DNA of 32,000 nucleotides from Desulfotalea psychrophila LSv54 (GTDB taxonomy: Bacteria > Desulfobacterota > Desulfobulbia > Desulfobulbales > Desulfocapsaceae), in assembly GCF_000025945.1 (NCBI RefSeq), contig NC_006138.1:2670001-2702000 (forward strand), given 5' to 3'. A program made the translations under genes and the position numbers. The first letter of the stretch is position 1. Each line of letters begins with the position of its first letter. Shown piece after piece: positions 17,956-27,879 of this stretch. The notes under the pieces were generated by a model. It was given only the letters and a program-made list of their open reading frames with translations, was not told where the DNA came from and did not search any database.

Positions 17956-18078
17956 GAGTTATTGATTGGAGCTAAGACAGATCATTTTGGTCCTTCAATC
18001 CTGACCAGTTCAAGCATGGCACCCATGATATAGCGAATCATGCCGTTTAACAAATAGCTGGCAAGCAGATACAGCCAT
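17956..18078 (-). pseudogene. truA: decayed duplicate of the truA 3' end
   Basis: 17956-18004 matches 19259-19307. 18005-18041 matches 19406-19442. 18035-18075 resembles 19581-19620. The intervening truA sequence is deleted at the short repeats CCTGA and AATCAT. Confidence 0.7.
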
Positions 18079-18092
18079 TACAAAGAGGAGTC

Positions 18093-18935
18093 CTATCTGT
18101 TCGCGGGCCAGGGGGCGAGCGGCGCATACTCGTTTAGGGCATCGGCTTCAGCCCTGCAGTCACCTGTGGGTGGAAGACCCTTGGTGCGAAAGGCCTTGAG
18201 TTCAGCCTTGGCAACCTCTATCTCGGCCAGAAAAGCTGGATCGGCGTGTAACCTGGCAACCACAGCGGCACCCATGATTCGGCCCATCATCACATCGCTC
18301 TGCCAATGAGCATTACAGACTATCCGGCTCTGACCAAAAGCCCAGCCACGGGCCAGGATCGCATCGGTCTGTTCGGGAGATACCTCAACCAGAATAAGGG
18401 TCCAGGCCCATCCTATGGACGTATGACCAGAGGGATAGGAGCCGGACTTTTTCAGCTGCTCCTCCTGCTGCGGAGTACAGACAGGCTCGCCATTGACCAC
18501 AAAGGGCCGGGTTCGCCTGTAGTTATCTTTGGCCTTATCGGTAGAGAGCGCCGCATCAGTAAGAGTATGGCGCAAAAGCATATAGAGATGGGGTGTCTCT
18601 TCCTCGCTGATGGGGACACCCAGAGCACAGGAAAAGGCCTCCGCTGCCTGAGGAAATGTTAACCTGGCGTCCCGTGCCGCCAAGGTCCAACGAGCTGTAT
18701 CCCGCAGGGTGAGGCTCTGCTTGCTCACCTCTCTATCAAGGGCAAAGGCCGTTGACTCTTTAGCGGGAGGTTGAGGAAGAAGAGCCAGGCTATCTGGTAG
18801 CGTGTCAGTTGCTAAATATCCATCTAAAAAAACCAGCTTCGGTATCGGTTGCAGATCGTTCTGCTTTTCCACCCCTGCACAGCCTGCCAGCAGGAACATG
18901 CACATTACAACGATACTGATTTTAATTCTCTTCAT
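18093..18935 (-). CDS. class A (PAP2-type) nonspecific acid phosphatase, lipoprotein
   Basis: Lipobox LLAGC. Signature KDNYRRTRPF ... YPSGHTS ... SRIVCNAHWQSDV, matching KX6RP / PSGH / SRX5HX3D. Confidence 0.9.
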   Translation of the reverse strand: MKRIKISIVVMCMFLLAGCAGVEKQNDLQPIPKLVFLDGYLATDTLPDSLALLPQPPAKESTAFALDREVSKQSLTLRDTARWTLAARDARLTFPQAAEAFSCALGVPISEEETPHLYMLLRHTLTDAALSTDKAKDNYRRTRPFVVNGEPVCTPQQEEQLKKSGSYPSGHTSIGWAWTLILVEVSPEQTDAILARGWAFGQSRIVCNAHWQSDVMMGRIMGAAVVARLHADPAFLAEIEVAKAELKAFRTKGLPPTGDCRAEADALNEYAPLAPWPANR

Positions 18936-19284
18936 CCTTCCTCTCCCTTATTGCCTGTAGCTATATTACGTTCACCGACCAGTTTACGAGTCCATATTAA
19001 ATGCTTTGTTTGCACTTATTATGTTACTCCGCAGGGACATTCCCTCGCAAACTATTGTATCATGCTCTCTGGGATTTTCTCTAGACATAATTCATAGAGA
19101 CAATGATAAAGCAGCATTAGACGGGGGATCGGAGACACTGCGACCTTCCGGTCAGACGGTGGCATATCTGTGTCCCACAGCAGGCCAGGATTATCGATAG
19201 GCGTCAGAATCTGTGCATAGGAGAGTCTTTTTCCTGTTGCCGTGTAGTAATCCAGCGCGAGTTATTGATTAGAGCCAAGACAGA

Positions 19285-20070
19285 TCATTTTGGTCCTTCA
19301 ATCCTGATCAGATGTAGCCCCTTGGCCTTGGCCCTGGGGCTCAATTTATCCTCCTGATGTTGCTGCAGGTAGAGGGAAATGTCATCAAGTACGATGCGGC
19401 CCCTGACCAGTTCAAGCAGGGCACCCATGATATAGCGAATCATATACTTAAGAAAGCCATCACCAATAATCTTCAGATAGAACATGTCGTTAGCCAGTGG
19501 TGAAAAATTGGCCCTATGGATATCACAGTAAAAGATCTCTCTAAAGCTTGTGCCACTGCCCCGGCTACTAAAGTTATAAAAATCATGCCGACCAACAAAT
19601 AACCGACAGGCGGATCGCAGGAGGGCCAGATCGTCTGGGCCAATGCTATCGATGGGCAGATGCAGGGCAATATCGGAGGTGGCCACATTATCAACCGGTG
19701 AAGCGATGAAGTAATAGTGGTACTCCTTGCTGACACTACCTCTACTGGCCTGGTACTCTTTTGTTGATGGGACACATTCCAGAATGCGAATATCAGTGGG
19801 AAGTAAAGAATTAAGCCCCAAGAGAAGATGCTCCGGACTAATCTTCTGTGAGATAGTGATCTTTGCTATCTGGCCTCGGGCATGGACACCGCCATCGGTA
19901 CGGCTGGCGCCTGAGACGGTACAGGGTTGATAGTTCGTTATTTTTTTCAGGGCATTGAGAATCGTGCCCTCCACCGTTGGTTTTTCTTCATGCAGGGTAT
20001 CTATGGACTGGGCCTGCCAGCCAAAGTAGTGGGTACCCTTATAGGCAATCTTAACCCGAAAGTAGTTCAT
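19285..20070 (-). CDS. truA: tRNA pseudouridine(38-40) synthase
   Basis: N-terminus FRVKIAYKGTHYFGWQ and catalytic ASRTDGGVHARGQ. Confidence 0.95.
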   Translation of the reverse strand: MNYFRVKIAYKGTHYFGWQAQSIDTLHEEKPTVEGTILNALKKITNYQPCTVSGASRTDGGVHARGQIAKITISQKISPEHLLLGLNSLLPTDIRILECVPSTKEYQASRGSVSKEYHYYFIASPVDNVATSDIALHLPIDSIGPDDLALLRSACRLFVGRHDFYNFSSRGSGTSFREIFYCDIHRANFSPLANDMFYLKIIGDGFLKYMIRYIMGALLELVRGRIVLDDISLYLQQHQEDKLSPRAKAKGLHLIRIEGPK

Positions 20071-20512
20071 ATATTCCTAAGGACCTTGTAAGGGGTGTTG
20101 AAAAAGTGATCTTACCCCATTTTTTACCGGTTTTATCAAAGATCGGAGTTTCCAGGCGAATCATCGGCTTAAAAGGCTCTTCAAGCTTAGCCTGCTTGAT
20201 ATTGAGATCAAAAGATGAGATATAGATCTCCCTATTACCCAACTTAAAACAATCCTTAAAACAATATCACTGCTTTTGAAACTGCAGTTCTTCAGCTGTG
20301 GCTCTTACCGGTAAACCCTGGTTTTCATTTACCCGGACTTTTTCCATGCCGCTAATATCGGAAAATCGTATCTGCTCGTATATACGCTTCTGTTTTGAGG
20401 TTGAAATATATTCTATAGCTATTTTGCCAAGCAGTACGTCATAACCGATTAACAAGTATTCACTCAACTCATCCTGCCGACTTAAAAAAAACTGGCATAT
20501 ATTGTGAAACAT
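20051..20512 (-). pseudogene. remnant of a periplasmic sensor-domain gene (in-frame TGA, truncated at both ends)
   Basis: IRFSDISGMEKVRVNENQG...ELQFQKQ, then TGA at 20267-20269, then YCFKDCFKLGNREIYISSFDLNIKQAKLEEPFKPMIRLETPIFDKTGKKWG, all in one frame. This pattern recurs in N-terminal sensor modules of kinases and MCPs. There is no TM or signal segment, and the 3' end overlaps the truA start. Confidence 0.35.
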
Positions 20513-20694
20513 ATAGTATAACTGTATATTTTTTCTGCTAGTGACAGAATATCATGATGAGGTAACGAGCACTATGAATATATATTTTTACTCAGGGAGT
20601 AAGGATCGATGCAAGACAAACTGCTCTTACCAAACATGCGCCAATAGACACTTATATGCCCTGCAACACTCGCCACCTTCAGCAATCCAACTTC

Positions 20695-20931
20695 TTACAG
20701 AGGGATCTCTTCTTCAGCCAACTCCCCCCCCTCAGGAACGGAGATCTCATTATACTTCACCTGAAAAGCAATCATGACCTCGAACAACTCATTGCCAATA
20801 AAAGCGTGTTCGACCAATGTCGCCTCATCCTCATTATTAGAAAAGAGGTCTTTGAATCTTCGAGAAGTTACCATTATCTCAACCGCTGAACAAAACCCAA
20901 TAGATTTATGAAATGTCGTATGCAAACTCAT
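20695..20931 (-). CDS. hypothetical 78-aa ORF (weak)
   Basis: It is the only ORF in this gap that does not look like low-complexity junk. No motif recognised. It may be a fragment. Confidence 0.2.
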   Translation of the reverse strand: MSLHTTFHKSIGFCSAVEIMVTSRRFKDLFSNNEDEATLVEHAFIGNELFEVMIAFQVKYNEISVPEGGELAEEEIPL

Positions 20932-21009
20932 CGACCTTTAAACTTCGTAGAATCAAAATAGCCAAGCAACAGATGTTTCCTTAACCCAACCTTCGGCCAG
21001 GGAAAAACC

Positions 21010-22539
21010 ATGACCAAAGAACAACTCTTCGCCTCATTTGTACTTGATCACGAACAGGGACTAGAAATAGCTCTGCGAGCTGAATATGTCACCGAAGCCA
21101 CTCCCATTCAAGGAACAATACAAAAACTTCCTGGATCCATACCTTTTCTAGAAGGAGTAATGCATCTTCGCAATGAAGTCATTCCCGTGCTTAACCTCAA
21201 GAAACGACTTGGTCTGAGTAATTCGCAGTACAGTAATACCGCCAAAGTTGCTGTGGTAACCCTGCGGGAACACCGTTTTGGCCTGCTCTTTGAAGATATC
21301 AAGGAAGTGTTCGGCGTTAGGCCAGAGGCAATCAACCCTATCAGCAAGGTACTGCAAACTGAAGATCAAATCATCTCAGCACTGATAAACGTAGAACCCG
21401 GCAAAAGAGCTATTGAGCTCCTCGACCTCAACCATCTCTTTAAAGGTGACATCGAAGAAAATACTGGTGCTGCACGTGGAGAAAACGGAGCACAACAAGC
21501 AAAACCCATATCATACTCGCGCTTTGTAGCCTTTGAATGTGCAGGCCAGGAATATGGCGTTCCGGTTGATCTTGCGCGAGAAATCACTTTTTGCGCCAAG
21601 ATCGATGAACTCTTTAAAACCGGAATGACCGCAGGTGTCATAGAGCTCCGCGGCAGGACTATTCCCATCTTAAACACCCTGGCGTTACTTACAGATGACA
21701 ATGATGCACAATATGAAATCACCGAGCATACTAGAGTGTTGGTCTTGGCCTGCGAAGATTGCACGGTAGGGTTCATTGTCGATGAAATCAAAGAAATTCT
21801 CTCTATTCCAGACGAGGACATCCTACCATTCACAGCAGGTGAAAATAGCAATATAACCGGCTTATATCCACGCGTTGGCAATAACAATACTATCTTGCTC
21901 AATATGCAAAATCTTGTTTGCGATCAAATTGATAACATCAAAGCAATGGCTAGAATTGGTGAGCACGACAAAAAAGCTGCCGAGGAAAAACAATCAACAA
22001 CTAACACAACATCACACCACCTTATTACCGAAAACGGCTATTTGGTTTTTTCCATAGGAAAGAATTTTGCGCTAGAGATCAAAGATGTGAAAGAAATTAT
22101 CGAAAATAACACCATGATGAAAATCCCCAAAGCAATGGGACACATGAGGGGAATGATCAACCTTCGTGGGGAGGTTGTTCCGGTAGTGGACCTTCGAAGG
22201 TTCTACAACTATGAGCCGAGAAGAGATGACGCAATGGGAAAGCTTATTATTTGCAATGGCCATGGGCAAACAGTAGCTCTAGAAGTAGACCAAATTGTTA
22301 CCATATATAAGAAGGAACAGTTCCACACAACACCTTCTCTTGGCAATCAACTGAGAGACAAAAAAGATACACTTGATCGCCTTATTGAATACCTTAACCC
22401 TGATGGCATCAATGAACATGTCCTTGTGGTAAACACACACAACCTTATTCGCAACCATTTACAAATGAACAGTGAACAAACAGCTGACACAGAAAATTTG
22501 GCTACAAAGAATAACACTAACTCAATAAATGAGGGGTAA
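21010..22539 (+). CDS. chemotaxis coupling protein with three tandem CheW-like domains
   Basis: Three repeats of the CheW pattern: [17 protein letters not shown]...[23 protein letters not shown]; [21 protein letters not shown]...[19 protein letters not shown]; [21 protein letters not shown]...[19 protein letters not shown]. Confidence 0.9.
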   Translation: MTKEQLFASFVLDHEQGLEIALRAEYVTEATPIQGTIQKLPGSIPFLEGVMHLRNEVIPVLNLKKRLGLSNSQYSNTAKVAVVTLREHRFGLLFEDIKEVFGVRPEAINPISKVLQTEDQIISALINVEPGKRAIELLDLNHLFKGDIEENTGAARGENGAQQAKPISYSRFVAFECAGQEYGVPVDLAREITFCAKIDELFKTGMTAGVIELRGRTIPILNTLALLTDDNDAQYEITEHTRVLVLACEDCTVGFIVDEIKEILSIPDEDILPFTAGENSNITGLYPRVGNNNTILLNMQNLVCDQIDNIKAMARIGEHDKKAAEEKQSTTNTTSHHLITENGYLVFSIGKNFALEIKDVKEIIENNTMMKIPKAMGHMRGMINLRGEVVPVVDLRRFYNYEPRRDDAMGKLIICNGHGQTVALEVDQIVTIYKKEQFHTTPSLGNQLRDKKDTLDRLIEYLNPDGINEHVLVVNTHNLIRNHLQMNSEQTADTENLATKNNTNSINEG

Positions 22540-22543
22540 GAAC

Positions 22544-25500
22544 ATGGAAATGAAGAAAGGAACAACAACCGACGAGATGGGCTCTTCCTGCCTAAACCTC
22601 ATGATGCACCCAAGTTTTATTGTTAACGATGGTCGTATGATCACTTGGGCAAACGAGGCGTTTCTCAAAACATTCGACTTAAAATCCGCTGACGTGATCA
22701 ATAAAATGAGTTGCGAAGAAGCCTGTACGACACATCTCTGCGGCACAAAAGATTGCCCTGTCAATAAATCTGCTCGTATAAACAAACCTGTTAAAGCAGA
22801 TATAATACACAACAAAAATAATAAAATTAGTCACTTCACATCTCAAGCACGTCCCGTAAACGGTAAAGATGGTGGGACATTTGTCTCAATGACAGATATC
22901 TCTGAGCTCAAACAGGCAAAAGCTGATCTCTATCAAATGCAAACAGATCTCAATGTCATTCCAACTCCTATTATGGAAATTGATAAGAGTTATAACGTTA
23001 CCTTTATGAACCCCGCTGGAGCGGGAGTTGTAGGCTCAACACCAAACGAAGTAATCGGGAAAAAATGTTACGATCTTTTCAAAACGCCTCATTGTAAGAC
23101 CAACAAATGTGCCTGCTCTCGTGCCATGCAAACAGATTCTGTAATCACCGATCACACCATCGCGCGCCCTGCTGACGGTGTCATCATCCCTATTAAGTAC
23201 ACCGGCGCACCGATCAAAGACGCTAAAGGAAATATAAAAGGTGCCCTGGAATATATTCTCGATATGACCGAGGAGACAAAGCAAAAGCACGCCGCCAATG
23301 AAAAAATTGAAAACCTCAATACTATCCCAACACCAATCATGGCGATCGACACCGACTACACCGTAACCTTTATGAATCCTGCTAGTGCTGCAGTGGTCGG
23401 CTCAACACCTGACGAAGTCATTGGCAAAAAATGCTACGACCTCTTTAAGACGCCACATTGTCGAACTGATAAGTGTGCCTGCCTTAGGGCAATGAAAACC
23501 GATTCTGTTATCACGGACCATACCATAGCCCGGCCCCAAGATGGGGTGATCATCCCTATTAAATACACTGGTGCTCCCATCAAGGATGCCAAGGGAAATA
23601 TCAAGGGTGCTCTGGAATACATTCTTGATATGACAGAGGAAAAAAAGCAAACGCAGGCGGCAAACGAAAAAATTGAAAATCTCAATACTATCCCAACACC
23701 GATCATGTCAATAGACACTGAGTATGGTGTTACTTTTATGAATCCTGCGGCCGCCGCAGTGGTCGGCTCAACACCTGACGAAGTCATTGGCAAAAAATGC
23801 TACGACCTCTTTAAGACGCCACATTGTCGAACTGATAAATGTGCCTGCCTAAGAGCGATGAAAACCGATTCTATCATCACAGACAATACCATAGCCCGGC
23901 CCCAAGATGGTATTATCATCCCTATTAAATACACTGGTGCTCCCATCAAGGATGCCAAGGGAAATATCAAGGGTGCTCTGGAATACATTCTTGACGTGAC
24001 TGAAGAGAACAAACAAAAACAAGCCGCCGATGAGAAAATTGAGAATCTCAACACGATACCAACGCCAATACTCTCCATTGACACTGATTATAATATTACC
24101 TTTATGAATCCAGCGGGAGCCGCAGTGGTTGGTTCCACACCAGACGAAGTTGTTGGTAAGAAATGCTATGACCTGTTTAAAACAGGCCATTGCAGAACTG
24201 ACAAATGTGCCTGCCTAAGAGCGATGAAAACCGATTCTATCATCACAGACAATACCATAGCCCGGCCCCAAGATGGTATTATCATCCCTATTAAATACAC
24301 TGGTGCTCCCATCAAGGATGCCAAGGGAAATATCAAGGGTGCTCTGGAATACATTCTTGACGTGACTGAAGAGAACAAACAAAAACAAGCCGCCGATGAG
24401 AAAATTGAGAATCTCAACACGATACCAACGCCAATACTCTCCATTGACACTGATTATAATATTACCTTTATGAATCCAGCGGGAGCCGCAGTGGTTGGTT
24501 CCACACCAGACGAAGTTGTTGGTAAGAAATGCTATGACCTGTTTAAAACAGGCCATTGCAGAACTGACAAATGTGCCTGTACCCAGGCGATGAAAACAGA
24601 CTCTGTAGTGGACGATCGCACCACAGCCTCTCCAAATGGGCAAGAAATGTCGATCAAATACACTGGTTCTCCCATTAAAGATGCAAAGGGAAATATCAAG
24701 GGTGCTCTGGAATACATAACTGATGTCACCGCCGAGAAAAAAGTAGAACAATTAATTGCCAATGCGGTAACGGAAGTAGATTCGTTGGTCAGTTCATCAA
24801 AACAGCATATGGATGAGGCCAACACCCATGTTGATGAGATGACAGTAATTATCGATGATGCTGTTCAACAACTTGATGAATCAATGACCACAGTCCACAC
24901 AATGCTTGAGAGTTCCAAAGAGATGCTCCAACTGTCCTCCGAATCAAACACCCTTGCGGCTGATCTTGCAAAGGAAGCTGAAACTGGCAAGATTGCAGGG
25001 CGGGATGCAGGGCAAAAACTTGCCGACATCAACGCTACCATGGAGAAAAACAACGAAATGGTAGGTGGACTCGTCAATGAACTTGAGAAAATTTCAAGTT
25101 TTGTAGATATTATCAAAGAGATTGCCTCTCAAACAAATCTTCTCGCCTTCAATGCGGCCATTGAAGCTGCCCGCGCAGGTGATGCAGGACGTGGCTTTGC
25201 TGTTGTCGCCGACGAAGTACGAAAACTTGCAGAGAACAGCTCTAAATCAGCTATTGATATCTCAACTATTGTCAAGAAGGTGGAAAAAGATTCCCACCAA
25301 ACCATCAACGCGATGCAAGAGGGGATGAAGATGTTAGGAGATGGTGGCCGTGTAATCAACACTGCATTAGAATCCATGGAAAATATATCTAAAGGTATTG
25401 TCACTATCTCCGCCTCAGTTGACAAGGTAAGCAACAAAGCAGAAAGTCTCAGCGATAACGGCAGTGCAGTTATGGCAAAAATTGAGACAGTGGCTACCTC

Positions 25501-25621
25501 GTCTAAAAAGAACCAAGAATCCACAGTAATCGTAAACGAGTCTCTTTCTGGCACCATGGCTGCTCTCACCCAGCTCACCGCTTCCAGTCAAGAACTCCAA
25601 AAAGCTGTAAACAACCTTTAA
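22544..25621 (+). CDS. soluble methyl-accepting chemotaxis protein with six tandem PAS-like modules
   Basis: The C-terminal signalling hairpin [41 protein letters not shown] is diagnostic. There is no hydrophobic TM segment. Five 122-aa PAS-like units begin at 22946, 23312, 23678, 24044 and 24410, preceded by one divergent unit. ATG at 22544 follows GAGGGG, so the ORF-track start at 22529 is possible but less likely. Confidence 0.9.
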   Translation: MEMKKGTTTDEMGSSCLNLMMHPSFIVNDGRMITWANEAFLKTFDLKSADVINKMSCEEACTTHLCGTKDCPVNKSARINKPVKADIIHNKNNKISHFTSQARPVNGKDGGTFVSMTDISELKQAKADLYQMQTDLNVIPTPIMEIDKSYNVTFMNPAGAGVVGSTPNEVIGKKCYDLFKTPHCKTNKCACSRAMQTDSVITDHTIARPADGVIIPIKYTGAPIKDAKGNIKGALEYILDMTEETKQKHAANEKIENLNTIPTPIMAIDTDYTVTFMNPASAAVVGSTPDEVIGKKCYDLFKTPHCRTDKCACLRAMKTDSVITDHTIARPQDGVIIPIKYTGAPIKDAKGNIKGALEYILDMTEEKKQTQAANEKIENLNTIPTPIMSIDTEYGVTFMNPAAAAVVGSTPDEVIGKKCYDLFKTPHCRTDKCACLRAMKTDSIITDNTIARPQDGIIIPIKYTGAPIKDAKGNIKGALEYILDVTEENKQKQAADEKIENLNTIPTPILSIDTDYNITFMNPAGAAVVGSTPDEVVGKKCYDLFKTGHCRTDKCACLRAMKTDSIITDNTIARPQDGIIIPIKYTGAPIKDAKGNIKGALEYILDVTEENKQKQAADEKIENLNTIPTPILSIDTDYNITFMNPAGAAVVGSTPDEVVGKKCYDLFKTGHCRTDKCACTQAMKTDSVVDDRTTASPNGQEMSIKYTGSPIKDAKGNIKGALEYITDVTAEKKVEQLIANAVTEVDSLVSSSKQHMDEANTHVDEMTVIIDDAVQQLDESMTTVHTMLESSKEMLQLSSESNTLAADLAKEAETGKIAGRDAGQKLADINATMEKNNEMVGGLVNELEKISSFVDIIKEIASQTNLLAFNAAIEAARAGDAGRGFAVVADEVRKLAENSSKSAIDISTIVKKVEKDSHQTINAMQEGMKMLGDGGRVINTALESMENISKGIVTISASVDKVSNKAESLSDNGSAVMAKIETVATSSKKNQESTVIVNESLSGTMAALTQLTASSQELQKAVNNL
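23837..24579 (+). repeat. perfect 366-bp tandem direct duplication (2.03 copies) inside the MCP gene
   Basis: Base-by-base reading shows 23837-24202 identical to 24203-24568. Identity continues 11 nt further, to 24579. The period of 366 nt equals 122 codons, so the duplication is in frame. Confidence 0.95.
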
Positions 25622-25628
25622 TCTTAGA

Positions 25629-25663
25629 ATGATCCCAGGGGAGACCAAATCGCCTGGGATCAT
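25629..25663 (+). terminator. hairpin after the MCP gene
   Basis: ATGATCCCAGG (25629-25639) pairs with CCTGGGATCAT (25653-25663). It is followed by CTTTGG, a weak U-tract. Confidence 0.5.
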
Positions 25664-25675
25664 CTTTGGAACGCT

Positions 25676-26239
25676 ATGACTATTTTTGGAGATGTTATAT
25701 ATACACCGAGGTTATGTCTTCGAAAGATTACCGAAGATGACATCAAACTCCTAGCCTCTTGGAGTAAGAGCACAACTGCACATGGCCCTTACCTCTCAGT
25801 TGAAAACCTCACAGAAGAGAGCTTGAGGAATAAGTTCGAAAACGGAGGACTCTGGTCGGAGACTAACAGAACTTTTTTGGTGGAACTTCGTGAAGGTACG
25901 CCCTTAGGAATTATCCACTACTGGGTCCGTCCCGAGAGTAAAGAAAGCGCCGTCATCAAAATCAAACTCTCAGACCCCAAACAAAGAGGCATGGGATATG
26001 GCACAGAAGCTCAAAAATATTTAATCAGCAACCTGTTTCAACGAATGAAAATGAGCGAAGTGCGAATGTACACAGACATCAACAATAAAGCGCAACAACG
26101 ATGCCTCAACAAGCTTGGGTTTGAACTATCAGAGTCTCTCACCTACGATGACCAACAGGTTACTCGACTTGGACATCTCTACAAACTACACTCTGCACAG
26201 TTTCAACTTTGTCACATATATCAATACCATTATGAATAA
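25676..26239 (+). CDS. GNAT-family N-acetyltransferase (RimJ/RimL-like)
   Basis: LCLRKITEDDIKLLASW start, acetyl-CoA loop QRGMGYGTEAQ, and C-terminal NNKAQQRCLNKLGFE. Confidence 0.85.
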   Translation: MTIFGDVIYTPRLCLRKITEDDIKLLASWSKSTTAHGPYLSVENLTEESLRNKFENGGLWSETNRTFLVELREGTPLGIIHYWVRPESKESAVIKIKLSDPKQRGMGYGTEAQKYLISNLFQRMKMSEVRMYTDINNKAQQRCLNKLGFELSESLTYDDQQVTRLGHLYKLHSAQFQLCHIYQYHYE

Positions 26240-27257
26240 ACTAGGCATCATCCTTGATGATCGCTATTTTGATCATCAAATAGAAGCAGCATCACACGAG
26301 AGCCCAAATCGTCTGCGTGAACTGTTCCCTGCTGTGCGTAAAAGATATAACGGTGATCTTCGCATAATCACGCCACACGAAGCTAATACTGAGACAATTG
26401 AAAAAGTGCATTCGAATTTTTACCTCAGCCAAATCAGAGAGCATGCCCTAAAAAGCAATCCCTTTTCTTATGATCAAGATACCTACCTGATGCAACAGTC
26501 CCTTGCAACAGCCCAACTTGCAGCAGGAGGATGCCTGGAAATCGCTGACCAGATAATGAACGGTGAAATAGACCATGGATTTGCTCTGATTCGCCCACCA
26601 GGACACCATGCAGAACCTGGACGCGGTATGGGGTTTTGTATTTTGAATAATATTGCTATCACCGCAAAATATTTACAAACTCATTACAACCTGAGCAGAA
26701 TACTTATTATCGATTTTGATGTACACCACGGTAACGGCACCCAAGAAGTATTCTACGATACCAACCAGGTACTTTTTGTTTCAATCCACCAAAAGAACCT
26801 CTTTCCCTTTAGTGGTGCGCCAGAAGAAATTGGCAACGAGCAAGGGCGCGGTTACAATATCAATATTCCTGTTCATAGCCAATTTGGTGATGCAGAATAC
26901 ACCTACCTACTCGGCAAGACCTTACAAGGATTAGCAGTACAGTTCATGCCCCAAATTATCCTTGTTTCGGCAGGTTATGATGGCCATGTCGAGGAATCAA
27001 TAAGTGCCACAACCCTCAGTACCCAATGGTATCATACCGCCACAACCATGCTCAAACAGGCGGCAAAAGATATCTGTGATAGCCGACTTCTTTTTGTTTT
27101 AGAGGGAGGCTACAACCCAATATCACTAGAAAAATCTGTCCTAAAAACAATTGATAGCATGCTCGAACCCGAGACAAAACGGGTCGGAGTGTTGCACTCT
27201 GCACGGGCCGCACAATTACTAATCAACCATCCTCTTCACGATTTTTGGACGCTATAA
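26232..27257 (+). CDS. histone deacetylase-family (arginase-fold) deacetylase
   Basis: ALIRPPGHHAEPGRGMGFCILNN, IIDFDVHHGNGTQEVFY and VLEGGYN. ATG at 26232 (MNKLGIILDDRYF) overlaps the GNAT stop in the sequence ATGAATAA. The ORF-track start at 26115 would lie inside the GNAT gene. Confidence 0.9.
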   Translation: MNKLGIILDDRYFDHQIEAASHESPNRLRELFPAVRKRYNGDLRIITPHEANTETIEKVHSNFYLSQIREHALKSNPFSYDQDTYLMQQSLATAQLAAGGCLEIADQIMNGEIDHGFALIRPPGHHAEPGRGMGFCILNNIAITAKYLQTHYNLSRILIIDFDVHHGNGTQEVFYDTNQVLFVSIHQKNLFPFSGAPEEIGNEQGRGYNINIPVHSQFGDAEYTYLLGKTLQGLAVQFMPQIILVSAGYDGHVEESISATTLSTQWYHTATTMLKQAAKDICDSRLLFVLEGGYNPISLEKSVLKTIDSMLEPETKRVGVLHSARAAQLLINHPLHDFWTL

Positions 27258-27269
27258 AGGACTGGGACA

Positions 27270-27710
27270 ATGACAAAAAACATATCTCTTGATGCAAGCA
27301 AATTGAACTCTATCTTTCACGAGTGCAACCAATGCGGCACCTGCTGTAAACAATATAGAAAAATCACCCTACACCATGATGAGGTTGAACAGATAAAAAA
27401 GCTTGGCGGTTATGTGGGTGTTGATATCAGCATAAAAGAGATTCGCGAAAAAGGACTCCAGCAGGCAAGGGAAGATGCTGAAAAAAGAGGGAAAGTATTT
27501 ATGATCCATCCCGATGATAAGGGATGCATATTTCTCGAAAAACGAAATGACAAATATGTCTGCAAGATTTATCACTACCGTCCAAGAACATGTAGAGGCT
27601 TTAAGTGTAATATGGCAGATGATAGTTTTCTTTCTCTCTTTGGTCGTAACGCTATCCACCTTCTCGGGCAGACAACATATGGCCTCCCCTTAAAAGAGGA
27701 TGTGTCATAG
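27270..27710 (+). CDS. YkgJ-family Cys-cluster (CxxCxxCC) protein
   Basis: CNQCGTCCKQY at the N-terminus and CKIYHYRPRTCRGFKC near the C-terminus. Confidence 0.85.
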   Translation: MTKNISLDASKLNSIFHECNQCGTCCKQYRKITLHHDEVEQIKKLGGYVGVDISIKEIREKGLQQAREDAEKRGKVFMIHPDDKGCIFLEKRNDKYVCKIYHYRPRTCRGFKCNMADDSFLSLFGRNAIHLLGQTTYGLPLKEDVS

Positions 27711-27879
27711 AAAAAATACCATCCCCTCTTCCCGCAAGAGAGCGCTAGCTATTGCATAAAAGTATTCGAGACCAACTCCCCCCAAACCATCTGCCTAACT
27801 GAGCACGACTTAATTTTTTCATCCCAAAGATAATTCTTCCGGGCCAACATCAGACATTGTCCTATCACATTGACAAGAG

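Noticed and set aside
22946-24760. Regular 366-nt repeats as a possible CRISPR array or non-coding satellite
   Set aside because: The period is far too long and there are no unique spacers. The repeats are in frame within a long ORF and encode PAS-like domains. The many 80-180 aa antisense and off-frame ORFs in this stretch are periodic artefacts of the repeat.
26115-26231. Upstream ORF-track start for the deacetylase (also 11726 for ftcD, 15638 for hutU, 1719 for the TIR gene)
   Set aside because: The extensions overlap the preceding gene or lack an RBS. Internal ATGs (26232, 11702, 15572, 1707) are preceded by good Shine-Dalgarno sequences and begin at the point where family similarity starts.
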